A stretch of 64,000 nt of DNA. Source: Candidatus Xenobia bacterium (lineage in GTDB: Bacteria; Vulcanimicrobiota; Xenobia; Xenobiales; QWHO01). Position 1 is the first letter of the stretch; each line of letters starts with the position of its first letter. The position numbers and the translations under genes were made by a program. Location: the NCBI GenBank assembly GCA_045863235.1, contig BTUM01000003.1, positions 152,861-216,860 of the forward strand, written 5' to 3'. The notes under the pieces were generated by a model, which was not told the origin of the DNA, made no database searches, and saw nothing but the letters and a program-made list of their open reading frames with translations. This document shows positions 50,405 through 59,456 of the stretch, piece by piece.

Positions 50405-51349
50405 ATGGTTATCCAAGCTCAGAACCGGCTTATGGCCACGCGTCCAAGCGTCGCCTCTTCATCTTCATCCGGACCGGAGAACCCGGGTGAGGTCTTTACC
50501 CCGACTCCTGAGACTTCGATCTCGGAAGACGTCGCTTCGGCACCCACCCCGCTGAAGAACAAACTGGCCTGTGGGGCCGTCATCGCCTCAGCAGGTTGGT
50601 TAGCCACCAACGTGGCCTTACAGGCCCTGGGAACGGGCAGCCTGGCCGGCGCCGTCGCGGTTGGCGGGGGAGCTCTGCTGGCGGCGGCCGGCGGATACGT
50701 GGCCGCCGACCTGGCCAGCGGTGTCTTCCATCACTGGATCGATAACTATCCCACCTATGAGACCCCGGTGGTGGGCGACATGGCCTATGAGTTCCAGGTC
50801 CATCACCACAAGATTCACGACCTGGAGACCCAGTCGATCTGGACCAACATGGCCGCGGCCGGCAAGCTACTGTGGATCCCGATGGTGGCCGCCGCCGCCA
50901 CCAACCAGCACTGGGCCGTGCAGGCCGCCACGCTCGGCTTTACCGGGGGAGCCTTCCTGGCCCAGGGCTCGCACCGCTGGACCCACGAGAAGAATCCCCC
51001 CAAGATCGCCGGCGTCTTGCAGAAGCTGGGTCTGATGCAGACCCGCGAGCAACACGGAGTGCACCACAAGATGCCCTGGTCGGACAACTACTGCATCGTC
51101 AACGGAATGTGGAACCCGCTGCTGACCAAGACGCACTTCTTCCGCAAGTGGGAGAAGATGATCCACACCGTGACGGGAGCCGAGCCTCACTGCTGGAAGG
51201 ATCCCGGCGTCAAGGCCTTCGCCCTGGGCCAGATCAGCGAGGATGAGTTCTTGAAGAACCAGGGGATCAATCGCAAGATCTTCCGCGAGATCGTCAAAGG
51301 TCAGTTCGACGCTGAATTCGAGCGTCGGCAAGCTCTCAAGGAACATTGA
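50405..51349 (+). CDS. CarF/PEDS1(TMEM189)/FAD4-family lipid desaturase
   Basis: DLASGVFHHWID, FQVHHH, SHRWTH, HGVHH, YCIVNGMWNPLL. Confidence 0.85.
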   Translation: MVIQAQNRLMATRPSVASSSSSGPENPGEVFTPTPETSISEDVASAPTPLKNKLACGAVIASAGWLATNVALQALGTGSLAGAVAVGGGALLAAAGGYVAADLASGVFHHWIDNYPTYETPVVGDMAYEFQVHHHKIHDLETQSIWTNMAAAGKLLWIPMVAAAATNQHWAVQAATLGFTGGAFLAQGSHRWTHEKNPPKIAGVLQKLGLMQTREQHGVHHKMPWSDNYCIVNGMWNPLLTKTHFFRKWEKMIHTVTGAEPHCWKDPGVKAFALGQISEDEFLKNQGINRKIFREIVKGQFDAEFERRQALKEH

Positions 51350-51528
51350 CCGCGATCAAAGACCGCTGGAGCCGGGTTCGAGTAGACTGTCACCAGGGTC
51401 GTTGCTCGAACTTCACATAAGGCGCACCTGTTCTCCAAGAGCAATCGACCTCAAGCAAAGCAGCCGACGGTATGTGTCAGTGGGAAGTCTCCCTTCCGTG
51501 CCACGCTACCGGTCGGCTGTTGGGTTTT
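51341..51528 (+). ncRNA. Orphan structured element / candidate sRNA, copy 2
   Basis: Paralog of 44691-44876; TAGACT at the same offset; T4 tail. Confidence 0.7.
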
Positions 51529-51541
51529 CAGAGGGTGCGGC

Positions 51542-52576
51542 TCACGGCTCCAGGATCGGTCTGGCCTGAGGCCTGGCGCGCACCTCCCCGAACTGCTCGG
51601 TCTCGATCCGCGTCGTCACCGAGCTGGCATTCATGTAGCCGGTGCCGAGCATCTCGCGACGAGGGCGTAGACCGGTCAGAACGTTGAAATAGTTGTACTC
51701 GCCTGGCTCGAGCAGGGGCATCTCTTTGGAGATCGAGTAAACCACCCGTCCCCCGGCGTTGACGCAGTCACAGGCGGCCAGGAAACGAGCCGCTTTACCA
51801 CCCTTGTTGCGCACCTTGAGCCGCACGCACACGTTTTGCTGGGTATCCAGAAAGAAGTAGGATTTCTCGACCACGAACGTGGCCGGCAGATTGGCGTCAA
51901 AGCTTCCTTTGCCGCCCTTCTCGAAGGCCGCGGCACCGGAGGGGGCGGTCTGATTGTAGTTGCTGGCCCTGGTGGCTCCGGGCAGGCCATCGGTGGTCTC
52001 TCGGGCCATGGGAGCCTGCTCGTTGTTGAAGTCATTCAGAGCTCCGGCCACGTCGTTCTGGGCATACTTCTGGCGAGCGTAGACTTCACTGGTGGAGATG
52101 GGTCCGTTGGTGACCACGGGCTCGTCGTAGCGGTCACGCAGGCTGGTATTCTTCAGGCGCGAGCGCTCCTGAGCCAGCGTCGATTCACTGGCAGCATCGG
52201 GTCCTCGCTCCTGAGAGGCGGATTTGCCGCTACGAGTGCCCCCCATGGTGCCGCTGCCCGTTCCGCCCGAGACGGTCAGAGCATCCTTGCTGCCGACTTC
52301 CGTGCCCTGGCTCAGAAAGACCCGGTGGTCGCGGGTTCGCACGGTGGCGCTATCGGCCTCCAGAGCGGTCACCTCGAGCTGGATCGGATCGGGGGTCAGC
52401 CCCTCCACCCACAAAACCGCCCCCACCCTGACCTGCACTCCCTGGACCAGCTTGATGACGTAGCATCCTTTCTGGCCGGGCACCGGAGTGAGCACCTTGC
52501 CCACCTGGTAGAGCTTGCTCTGAGCCAGCGCCAGGGCAACCATCAAGAGCGTCAAGAGCGTGGCACGAATCTTCAA
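51542..52576 (-). CDS. Secreted hypothetical protein
   Basis: Signal peptide ALA|Q; C-terminal Ig-like beta pattern (VRLKVRNKG..LEPGE). Confidence 0.7.
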   Translation of the reverse strand: MKIRATLLTLLMVALALAQSKLYQVGKVLTPVPGQKGCYVIKLVQGVQVRVGAVLWVEGLTPDPIQLEVTALEADSATVRTRDHRVFLSQGTEVGSKDALTVSGGTGSGTMGGTRSGKSASQERGPDAASESTLAQERSRLKNTSLRDRYDEPVVTNGPISTSEVYARQKYAQNDVAGALNDFNNEQAPMARETTDGLPGATRASNYNQTAPSGAAAFEKGGKGSFDANLPATFVVEKSYFFLDTQQNVCVRLKVRNKGGKAARFLAACDCVNAGGRVVYSISKEMPLLEPGEYNYFNVLTGLRPRREMLGTGYMNASSVTTRIETEQFGEVRARPQARPILEP

Positions 52577-52717
52577 AGGCTCATCCTCCTGCTCGAAAAC
52601 GGTCTCGGACCGCTCCTAAGTTCGCTGGCCGCTGGCTCCAACCTCTCTCCAGGACTGAACCTGAACTGTGCGCTTCCCTGGAACAGGCGCATCTGCGACT
52701 GCGTAGAAAGAGCTGCC

Positions 52718-54367
52718 ATGCTGATCACCTCCCAGGTAGTCGACCGCCTTCCCGAAGCTCCCAACCGATTTCGCGATGACCGCGGGCTGCAACGCCTGCT
52801 GGCCCGCCACCTCAGCCCCGAGGCCCAGCGCTGGGCCGAGCCCGTGCTCGACCGCATGGGCGCCGCCTCGGCGGGCGAGCTGGACGAGCTGGCCGCGCTG
52901 GCCGACCGCAATCCCCCGCGCCTGCACCCCCGCGACCGATTCGGCAACCGGGTGGACCAGCTCGAGTTCCACCCCGCCTACCTCCGATTGCAAGAGTTCG
53001 CCTACGGCCAGGGCATCGTGGGAGCCTACTACGACCGGCGCGTGCGCCAGGTGCTGCAAGAGTCCACCGAGGCGGTCAAGTTCGCCCAGGGCTACCTCTT
53101 CGCCCAGGCCGAGCAGGGGCTCTACTGCCCCATCTGCATGACCGATGGCACGGCCTACCTGATCGAGAAGTATGGCTCTGAGGACCAGAAGCTGCGCTTC
53201 CTCCCCCACCTTACCTCCGAGAGCCTGGACAGCCTGTGGGAAGGCGCCATGTGGCTCACCGAGAAAGCGGGCGGCTCGGACGTGGGGGCCACCGAGACGG
53301 TGGCCCGGCCCACCTCCAGCGAGCACGTCCACGCTTTGAGCGGCGAGAAGTGGTTCTGCTCCAACGCCGGCGCCGAGCTGGTCATGGTGCTGGCCCGGCC
53401 TGTCGGGGCTCCCGAGGGCACGACCGGGCTAGGCCTGTTTGCTCTGCGGCGCCATCTGGAGGATGGGCGGCTCAACCACCTCCACCTCGAGCGCCTCAAA
53501 GACAAGCTGGGCACCCGCTCGATGCCCACCGGCGAGGTCATCTTGAACGGCTCGCTGGCCGAGCCGGTAGGCAGCCTGTCGAGGGGCTTCCTGCAGATGA
53601 CCGACATGCTGAACCTGTCCCGACTCTACAACGCCACCGCCTCGGTCGCCCTGATGCGGCGCGTGCTCACCGAGTCGGTCCGCTACGCGGTCGTTCGCCA
53701 CACCTTCGGACACTCGCTGCTCTCTTATCCGCTGGTCCAGTCCCGACTGGTGGACATGCTGGTGGAGCAGGAGGCCGCCCTGCACCTGTTATTCTGGCTC
53801 TATGCCTGGCGGGGCAAGGCCGACTCGACGCAAGAGAAACTGGCCCGCATGCTGACCCCGCTGGCCAAGCTGACCACCGGTCGCTCGGCGGTCGACCACG
53901 CCAGCCAGGCCGTGGAGATGCACGGTGGCTGCGGCTACATCGAGGACTGGCCGCTGGCCCGCCTACTCCGCGACGCCCAGGTGCTGCCCATCTGGGAGGG
54001 CACCACCAACATCCTGGCCCTGGACGCCTTTCGAGCCATGCACAAGGAGAAGACCCACGAGGCCTTCTTCGAGTTCGTGGGCAAGCACAATGCCGATGAA
54101 GGCGTGCGCCTGGCCGCCGGCGAGCTGAAGAGCTCGCTGGAGACGCTGCTGAGCCGTCCCGGCCAGCCCGGAATTCTGCCCTGGTGCCAGCAGGCTACCC
54201 GCGTCTTCCAGGCCACCGTGCTGGGCCTGACGGCGCAGGACGAGCACTCCAAGCAGGTAGCCGAGCACTATCTCAAGCGCCACTTCGCCGCCGACCGCCA
54301 CAGCCTGAGCCCGAGCTACCTCGAGCACGCCGTGCGCCACCACCAGAGCCTGCTCGGGCTGCCCTGA
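52718..54367 (+). CDS. Acyl-CoA dehydrogenase (AidB-like)
   Basis: CPICMTDG, TEKAGGSDV, GEKWFCS, LKDKLGTRS, IWEGT. Confidence 0.9.
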   Translation: MLITSQVVDRLPEAPNRFRDDRGLQRLLARHLSPEAQRWAEPVLDRMGAASAGELDELAALADRNPPRLHPRDRFGNRVDQLEFHPAYLRLQEFAYGQGIVGAYYDRRVRQVLQESTEAVKFAQGYLFAQAEQGLYCPICMTDGTAYLIEKYGSEDQKLRFLPHLTSESLDSLWEGAMWLTEKAGGSDVGATETVARPTSSEHVHALSGEKWFCSNAGAELVMVLARPVGAPEGTTGLGLFALRRHLEDGRLNHLHLERLKDKLGTRSMPTGEVILNGSLAEPVGSLSRGFLQMTDMLNLSRLYNATASVALMRRVLTESVRYAVVRHTFGHSLLSYPLVQSRLVDMLVEQEAALHLLFWLYAWRGKADSTQEKLARMLTPLAKLTTGRSAVDHASQAVEMHGGCGYIEDWPLARLLRDAQVLPIWEGTTNILALDAFRAMHKEKTHEAFFEFVGKHNADEGVRLAAGELKSSLETLLSRPGQPGILPWCQQATRVFQATVLGLTAQDEHSKQVAEHYLKRHFAADRHSLSPSYLEHAVRHHQSLLGLP

Positions 54368-55494
54368 TCCTCGAGTTTCTGCACACCCAACAGGCCGAGC
54401 AGGCCCTGGCCGAATTGCGTCAGGGTCCCCTCGATCTGCCCCGGCTGGAGCTCTTGCGGCGCCAGTTCGGCGAGCGGGCCCGCTGGTTGATGACCCAGGC
54501 CGAGCTGCGCCGTCTGGCCCGGACAAAGTTCTCGAGAGCCGAGAGCTTGTTCTTCGAGCGCGAGGCGCTCGAGCAGGCCAGCTCGGAGGCGCTGGCCGAG
54601 CACCGAGCCGAGCGGCTGGACCGACTGGCCCCGCCCGGGCCGGTGCTGGACCTGGGTTGCGGCATCGGGGGCGACCTGTTGGCCCTGGCTGCCCGGCGCG
54701 AGGTGGTGGCCTACGAGCGCGACCCCCATCGGGCCGAGCTGGCTCGGGCCAACCTGCGGGCCCTGGGCCTGAATGCCACGGTGCACACGGGCGAGTTTCC
54801 GACTGACCTGAAGGCCGCCGCCGCCTTCTGCGACCCGGCCCGGCGGCGCAACGGCCGCCGTTTGCTCGATCCCGAGCAGGGCGATCCGCCCCTGAGCAGC
54901 CTGCGAGCCCTGCGGGTGGGGCTGCTGGCTGTCAAGGTTGCACCCGGCCTCGAGAGCGTGCCCGAAGGGCTGGGGATGGAGCTGGTCGGCCTTCCCGGCG
55001 AGTGCCGCGAGGCGGTGCTCTGGTCGGACTGCCCGGGACGTCGCTGGGGCAGCTTTCTGGACGACCGGGGCTGGCTCGAGCTGACCTCGGGCCCCGACCC
55101 TGAGGCCACCGGAAGGCTCGATCCGGGCGCCTACCTTTACGATCCCGAGCCCACCGCCGTGCGGGCCCGGGCCCTGGGCAGCCTGGCCGAGGAGCTCGAG
55201 GCCCGGCCTTTTGACCCGCAAGTGGCCTACCTGGTGGGCCCGCACGCCCGGCAGCACCGGCTGGCGGCCTGCTTTGAGCTGCTCGAAGTGCTGCCCTTCT
55301 CGCTCAAGCGGGTCCAGGCGGCTGTGCGGGCGGCAGGTTGGAGCCGCCTGGAGATCAAAAAGCGAGGTCACGCACTTACCCCGGAGGAGCTTCGGCGCAA
55401 GCTGCGCCTGGCCGACTCGGGGGGCGAGGGCACCCTCATTCTGACCCGCCAGGGGGACCGACCGTTGGCCCTGTTGGCCCGACGCATCCGATGA
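54364..55494 (+). CDS. Class I SAM methyltransferase with THUMP-like C-terminus
   Basis: ALEQASS, LDLGCGIGGD, DPARR, VKVAPG, LEIKKRG; start inferred. Confidence 0.82.
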   Translation: MILEFLHTQQAEQALAELRQGPLDLPRLELLRRQFGERARWLMTQAELRRLARTKFSRAESLFFEREALEQASSEALAEHRAERLDRLAPPGPVLDLGCGIGGDLLALAARREVVAYERDPHRAELARANLRALGLNATVHTGEFPTDLKAAAAFCDPARRRNGRRLLDPEQGDPPLSSLRALRVGLLAVKVAPGLESVPEGLGMELVGLPGECREAVLWSDCPGRRWGSFLDDRGWLELTSGPDPEATGRLDPGAYLYDPEPTAVRARALGSLAEELEARPFDPQVAYLVGPHARQHRLAACFELLEVLPFSLKRVQAAVRAAGWSRLEIKKRGHALTPEELRRKLRLADSGGEGTLILTRQGDRPLALLARRIR

Positions 55495-56537
55495 TCGAGT
55501 ACGCCCGCCTGACCTGGCCCGAGGTCGACGCCCTGGACCGCAACCTGCCGCTCTATCTCCCGCTGGGTCCGGCCGACTGTCCGGAGGACGGCGTGGTGCT
55601 GCCTTCGGTTCCCTACGGCTTCCCAGGCAGTGGCCTGGAGGTGCCCGGCTGGCGCGCCTATGTCGACAACCTGGTCGGTGGGCTGCGCGAGGATGGCTTT
55701 CGGAACGTGCACGTGTTGTCCGCGCCCTGTGAGGTTGAGATGGAGCCCGAGCCGGTCCTGCTCCTCCCGGTGGGCCACACCGAGCAACACGGCTACCACC
55801 TGTCGATGGCCGTGGACACCATCCTGATCGACGCGGTGGCCGAAGGAGTGGTTCGGCGGATGCCCGGACAGGCCGCCCGTCTGCCGGTCATGCCCTACGG
55901 GGTCAGCACCCACCGCCCTTGCTTTCGAGGCACGCTCAATGCCGGGGGCAGGGCCTTCGAAGACTTCTACCTGCAGGTGCTCGAAGAGCTCTACCGGCGG
56001 GGCGCCCGCCGCTTCTACCTGCTGAGCGGGCACGGGGGAAACTGCTCGTTCATGGTAACGGTGGTCAAGTACTTCGGCGAGCGCCACCCGGACGCGTTCT
56101 GCGCCACTTCCTTCCTGTATCTGTCCGGCCCGAGCGGAGTGGAGGCCCTGGAGCGCCACCGCACCTCTCCGCGCGGGGGGATGGGCCACGGAGGCGAGCT
56201 GGAGACCTCGCTGATGCTCCACCTGGCCCCTGAGCAGGTCTTCATGGACCGGGTGGTGGACGAGCTCGACTTCGTCTCCACCGAGAGCTACTTCATGGAG
56301 TGGATCGAAGGCGGAGCCCTGGTGGCCAATCCGTCCTGGTATGACGACACCGTCAGTGGGGCCTACGGAGCAGGCTCCCACGCCACGGCCGAGAAAGGTC
56401 GTCTCTGGCTGGAGGCGGCGGTCGAGGAGAAGGCCGGCCACGTGCTCGAGATCGCCGAGCAGCACCGTCGGCGCCTGGAGCGCCAGAGGGAGGGCTTCGG
56501 AAGGTGGAAGTTCAGGAGCGGTGACCATCGAGTATGA
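55491..56537 (+). CDS. Creatininase family amidohydrolase
   Basis: PVGHTEQHGYHL..D, GHGGN, HGGELETS. Confidence 0.9.
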   Translation: MIEYARLTWPEVDALDRNLPLYLPLGPADCPEDGVVLPSVPYGFPGSGLEVPGWRAYVDNLVGGLREDGFRNVHVLSAPCEVEMEPEPVLLLPVGHTEQHGYHLSMAVDTILIDAVAEGVVRRMPGQAARLPVMPYGVSTHRPCFRGTLNAGGRAFEDFYLQVLEELYRRGARRFYLLSGHGGNCSFMVTVVKYFGERHPDAFCATSFLYLSGPSGVEALERHRTSPRGGMGHGGELETSLMLHLAPEQVFMDRVVDELDFVSTESYFMEWIEGGALVANPSWYDDTVSGAYGAGSHATAEKGRLWLEAAVEEKAGHVLEIAEQHRRRLERQREGFGRWKFRSGDHRV

Positions 56538-57009
56538 GCTGTCCGAGGACGAGCTGCTGGAAGCGAGCTTGCACGGCTCAGGCTCGCGCATTCCCCGCTG
56601 GGTGCTCGGTTTGGGTTCGGGAGCGGTGCTGTTACAGGTCGCCCTGCTCGGTGATCTGACCGGCATCCCCGTCCTGGCGGGCATTTTCACGGCTCTGACG
56701 GCCGGTCCCTGGCTCCAGAAGAAAATGACCCGCAGCACCATTCGCTCCAACCGCAAGGAGCTGTGCGGTCCCACCTCGCTGAGCGTCACCGAACGGGGGC
56801 TGCGCCTGAGCGGGCCGACCTTCACCGGCGAGACGCGCTGGGCCGGCTTCGTGCGCTGGCAGGAGAGCCCCACCACGCTGCTGATCCATCCCCAGCGCAA
56901 CCTGTTCTACGTGGTGCCCAAGCGGGCGTTTCAGCCCGAGCAACTGGAGGAATTTCGGGCCCTGCTGCGCGAGCAGATCGGTCCCCCCGGCAAGGTGCGC
57001 GGGCGATGA
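56521..57009 (+). CDS. YcxB-like membrane protein
   Basis: Two TM helices, then RW..F..W.ES..LL..VVPKRAF. Confidence 0.72.
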   Translation: MTIEYELSEDELLEASLHGSGSRIPRWVLGLGSGAVLLQVALLGDLTGIPVLAGIFTALTAGPWLQKKMTRSTIRSNRKELCGPTSLSVTERGLRLSGPTFTGETRWAGFVRWQESPTTLLIHPQRNLFYVVPKRAFQPEQLEEFRALLREQIGPPGKVRGR

Positions 57010-58145
57010 GAGCGAAGCACTGGGCCCTATGCCTTCTCCTCTTGCTGGTTCCCGTGCAGGCTGAGCCGACCCGCCCCCGAGCCCGCGAGCTGGGCGTCGT
57101 GGTGGGCACGCTGCCCCCCGGCCCTCAGAACGCCATCACCGACGTCAAGGGCGTGCGCGTGGGCCACACCACGCTGCGGTATGGCGAAGGGCCGCTGGTG
57201 CCCGGAAAGGGCCCGGTGCGAACGGGCGTGACGGCCATCCTCCCCTGCCCCGACCCCTGGGACACCCGCCTCCCGGCGGCCGGCTTCTTGCTCAACGGCA
57301 ACGGCGAGATGACGGGTCTTGCCTACCTCAATGACATCGGCCGGCTGGAGAGCCCGATCCTCTTGACCAACACCCTGAACGTGGGCCGGGTGGCCGACGC
57401 GGCCGTCACCTGGTTGATCGGCAAGCACCCCGACATCGGCGTCACCGGCGACGTGCCGGTGCCGGTGGTGGCCGAGTGCGACGACAGCACCCTCAACGAC
57501 ATCCAGGGGCGCCACGTGGGCGAGAAGGAGGTGCTGGCCGCTCTGGACGGTGCCCTGGAAGGTCCGGTGGCCGAGGGTGCGGTGGGCGGGGGCACCGGAA
57601 TGGTGTGCTACCAGTTCAAGGGAGGCATCGGCACCGCTTCGCGGCGCGTCCCGGACGGCTACACGGTGGGCGTGCTGGTGCAGGCCAACCATGGCCTGCG
57701 CGAGGAGCTGACCGTGCTGGGCGTGCCGGTGGGGGCAGCGATGCCCGAAGCGGTGCTGCCCCGGCGCAGCTTCGGCTCCATCGTGATGGTGGTGGCCACC
57801 GACGCCCCCCTGAGCCAGAGCCAGCTCAGTCGGCTGGCCCGCCACGCCGCCATCGGGCTGGCCCGAACCGGGGCCATGGCCCATCACGGCTCGGGCGACC
57901 TGATGCTGGCCTTCAGCACCGCCAATGGCATCCAGCGCGGGCAGGAAGAGACCACCCAGAGCCTGACCCAGCTGGCCGATCAACGCCTGGACCCGCTCTA
58001 CCAGGCCACCGTGGAGGCCAGCGAAGAGTCCATCTACAACGCCCTGCTGGGAGCCACCACCACGGTGGGACGCGACGGAGCCCGGGCCGAGGCCATCGAC
58101 CCGGTGCGCCTGCAAGAGCTGCTGCGCTCGCATGGCAGACTCTGA
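57006..58145 (+). CDS. DmpA/P1 (S58) aminopeptidase with signal peptide
   Basis: NAITDVKGVRVGH, TGVTAI, FKGGIGTASR, G|SIVMVVATDAPL. Confidence 0.92.
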   Translation: MRAKHWALCLLLLLVPVQAEPTRPRARELGVVVGTLPPGPQNAITDVKGVRVGHTTLRYGEGPLVPGKGPVRTGVTAILPCPDPWDTRLPAAGFLLNGNGEMTGLAYLNDIGRLESPILLTNTLNVGRVADAAVTWLIGKHPDIGVTGDVPVPVVAECDDSTLNDIQGRHVGEKEVLAALDGALEGPVAEGAVGGGTGMVCYQFKGGIGTASRRVPDGYTVGVLVQANHGLREELTVLGVPVGAAMPEAVLPRRSFGSIVMVVATDAPLSQSQLSRLARHAAIGLARTGAMAHHGSGDLMLAFSTANGIQRGQEETTQSLTQLADQRLDPLYQATVEASEESIYNALLGATTTVGRDGARAEAIDPVRLQELLRSHGRL

Positions 58146-58177
58146 GCTGTTTATGGTGGACCGTTCTGGATAGAGCG
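58125..58177 (+). pseudogene. Decayed duplicate of the UPF0489 gene start
   Basis: MADSELFMVD..FWIER versus [15 protein letters not shown] at 59443. Confidence 0.75.
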
Positions 58178-58225
58178 ACTACAGGCTCATCAGGACCCAG
58201 TGTTCGCAGGATCGGAAGCATACGG

Positions 58226-58253
58226 TTGACATAGACAACTACTTAGTCATAAT
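58226..58253 (+). promoter_or_regulatory. Sigma70 promoter, probably giving a leaderless TA mRNA
   Basis: TTGACA-N16-CATAAT, 6 nt before ATG58260. Confidence 0.7.
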
Positions 58254-58259
58254 GAAACC

Positions 58260-58490
58260 ATGACCACCGTGAACGTGCACGAAGCCAAGGCCCGCCTTTC
58301 CGAACTCCTCAACCTCTTGGAGATGGGTGAGACCGTCGTGATCTGCCGACGAAACAAGCCAATCGCAGAGTTGCGTCTCTATCGCGACCGGGGCAAATCA
58401 CGCCCCATCGGGCTTTGCCCCGAACTTCCCCCATTGACCGAGGCTTTCTTCGAGCCCCTGCCTGACGAGTGGTTGGAAGCATTTCATTGA
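58260..58490 (+). CDS. Phd/YefM family antitoxin
   Basis: VNVHEAKARLSELL..GETVVICRRNKPIAEL. Confidence 0.92.
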   Translation: MTTVNVHEAKARLSELLNLLEMGETVVICRRNKPIAELRLYRDRGKSRPIGLCPELPPLTEAFFEPLPDEWLEAFH

Positions 58491-58873
58491 AGTACCTTCT
58501 GGATACCTGCACGTTTCTCTGGCTCATCCGGGGGGACCCCGCCTTGAGCGTCCCGGCCAGAGATGCGATCCTTGATACCACGAATGAGGTCTATCTCAGC
58601 GTGGTAAGCGCCTGGGAGATTGGAGTCAAGTTCGGTCTGGGGAAGCTTACTTTGCCGTCGCCTCCAGAGGCTCTGGTCGCGCGCGAGCGACTGCGCCATC
58701 AACTCGAGTCCTTACCACTGCTCGAGGGCGCTGCGCTCACCGCCAGCGGCTTGCCCCTTCACCACCGTGACCCATTTGATCGCCTTCTGATTGGCCAGGC
58801 TCTGCATGAAGGTTTGACGATTCTCTCCCCTGACGGCCTGCTGCAGCAGTACAGCGTTTCCATCCATTGGTAG
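58487..58873 (+). CDS. vapC: PIN-domain VapC toxin
   Basis: YLLDTCTFLW, SAWEIGVK, HRDPFDRLLIGQA. Confidence 0.92.
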   Translation: MKYLLDTCTFLWLIRGDPALSVPARDAILDTTNEVYLSVVSAWEIGVKFGLGKLTLPSPPEALVARERLRHQLESLPLLEGAALTASGLPLHHRDPFDRLLIGQALHEGLTILSPDGLLQQYSVSIHW

Positions 58874-59189
58874 CACCGTGGATCGGGTTTCTCCCAGTAA
58901 ACCGTGGGAGCGCGACCGCTGCAGCGCCCCATCCGGCTACCTGGCCAGGGCGCGACAGAAGACCTCGCGTTGAGCCGGAGTGGTCCCCGTCCCAGCAAGG
59001 CCTCGACAGCAGCCTCGGGCCGCTCGACGGGCTGGGCGGAGGAGCCGGGAATTCCTCGGGTGGATCTCCATTCCATGCTCGTTCGAGGATGCGAGCCAAA
59101 CCTCTCAGTATAGTCGGGTTCTGTCGTGGCGAGGCAGAGCCGCAACAGACGCGAACAGACAAAGTACGTGAGCTGGCGATCAGCTTGAC

Positions 59190-59456
59190 TCGGACCCCGC
59201 AAGGTGCGCGGGCGGTGAGCGCGAAAGACCTGGCTCTATGACTTCTCCTGTGGCCGTGCAGGCTGACCCGGCTCGTCCCCGGGCCCACGACCTGGGCATC
59301 GTGGTGGACACGTTGCCCCCCCGGTCTGCACAACGCGATCACGGTGCGCGTGGGCCACATTACGCTGCGTCACGGCGAAGGGACCCTGTGAGCGGCCAGG
59401 GGTGCTGCTGCGCCGCAGTTTCGGGTCCATCGTCACGCTCGCATGTCTGACTCTGA
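59190..59456 (+). pseudogene. Collapsed duplicate of the ycxB-end/dmpA segment
   Basis: Ordered fragments matching ~56978-57200, ~57750-57785 and 58125-58145. Confidence 0.85.

Noticed and set aside
58874..59189. Short ORFs after the third vapC
   Set aside because: No recognisable motif or codon bias; probably decayed DNA
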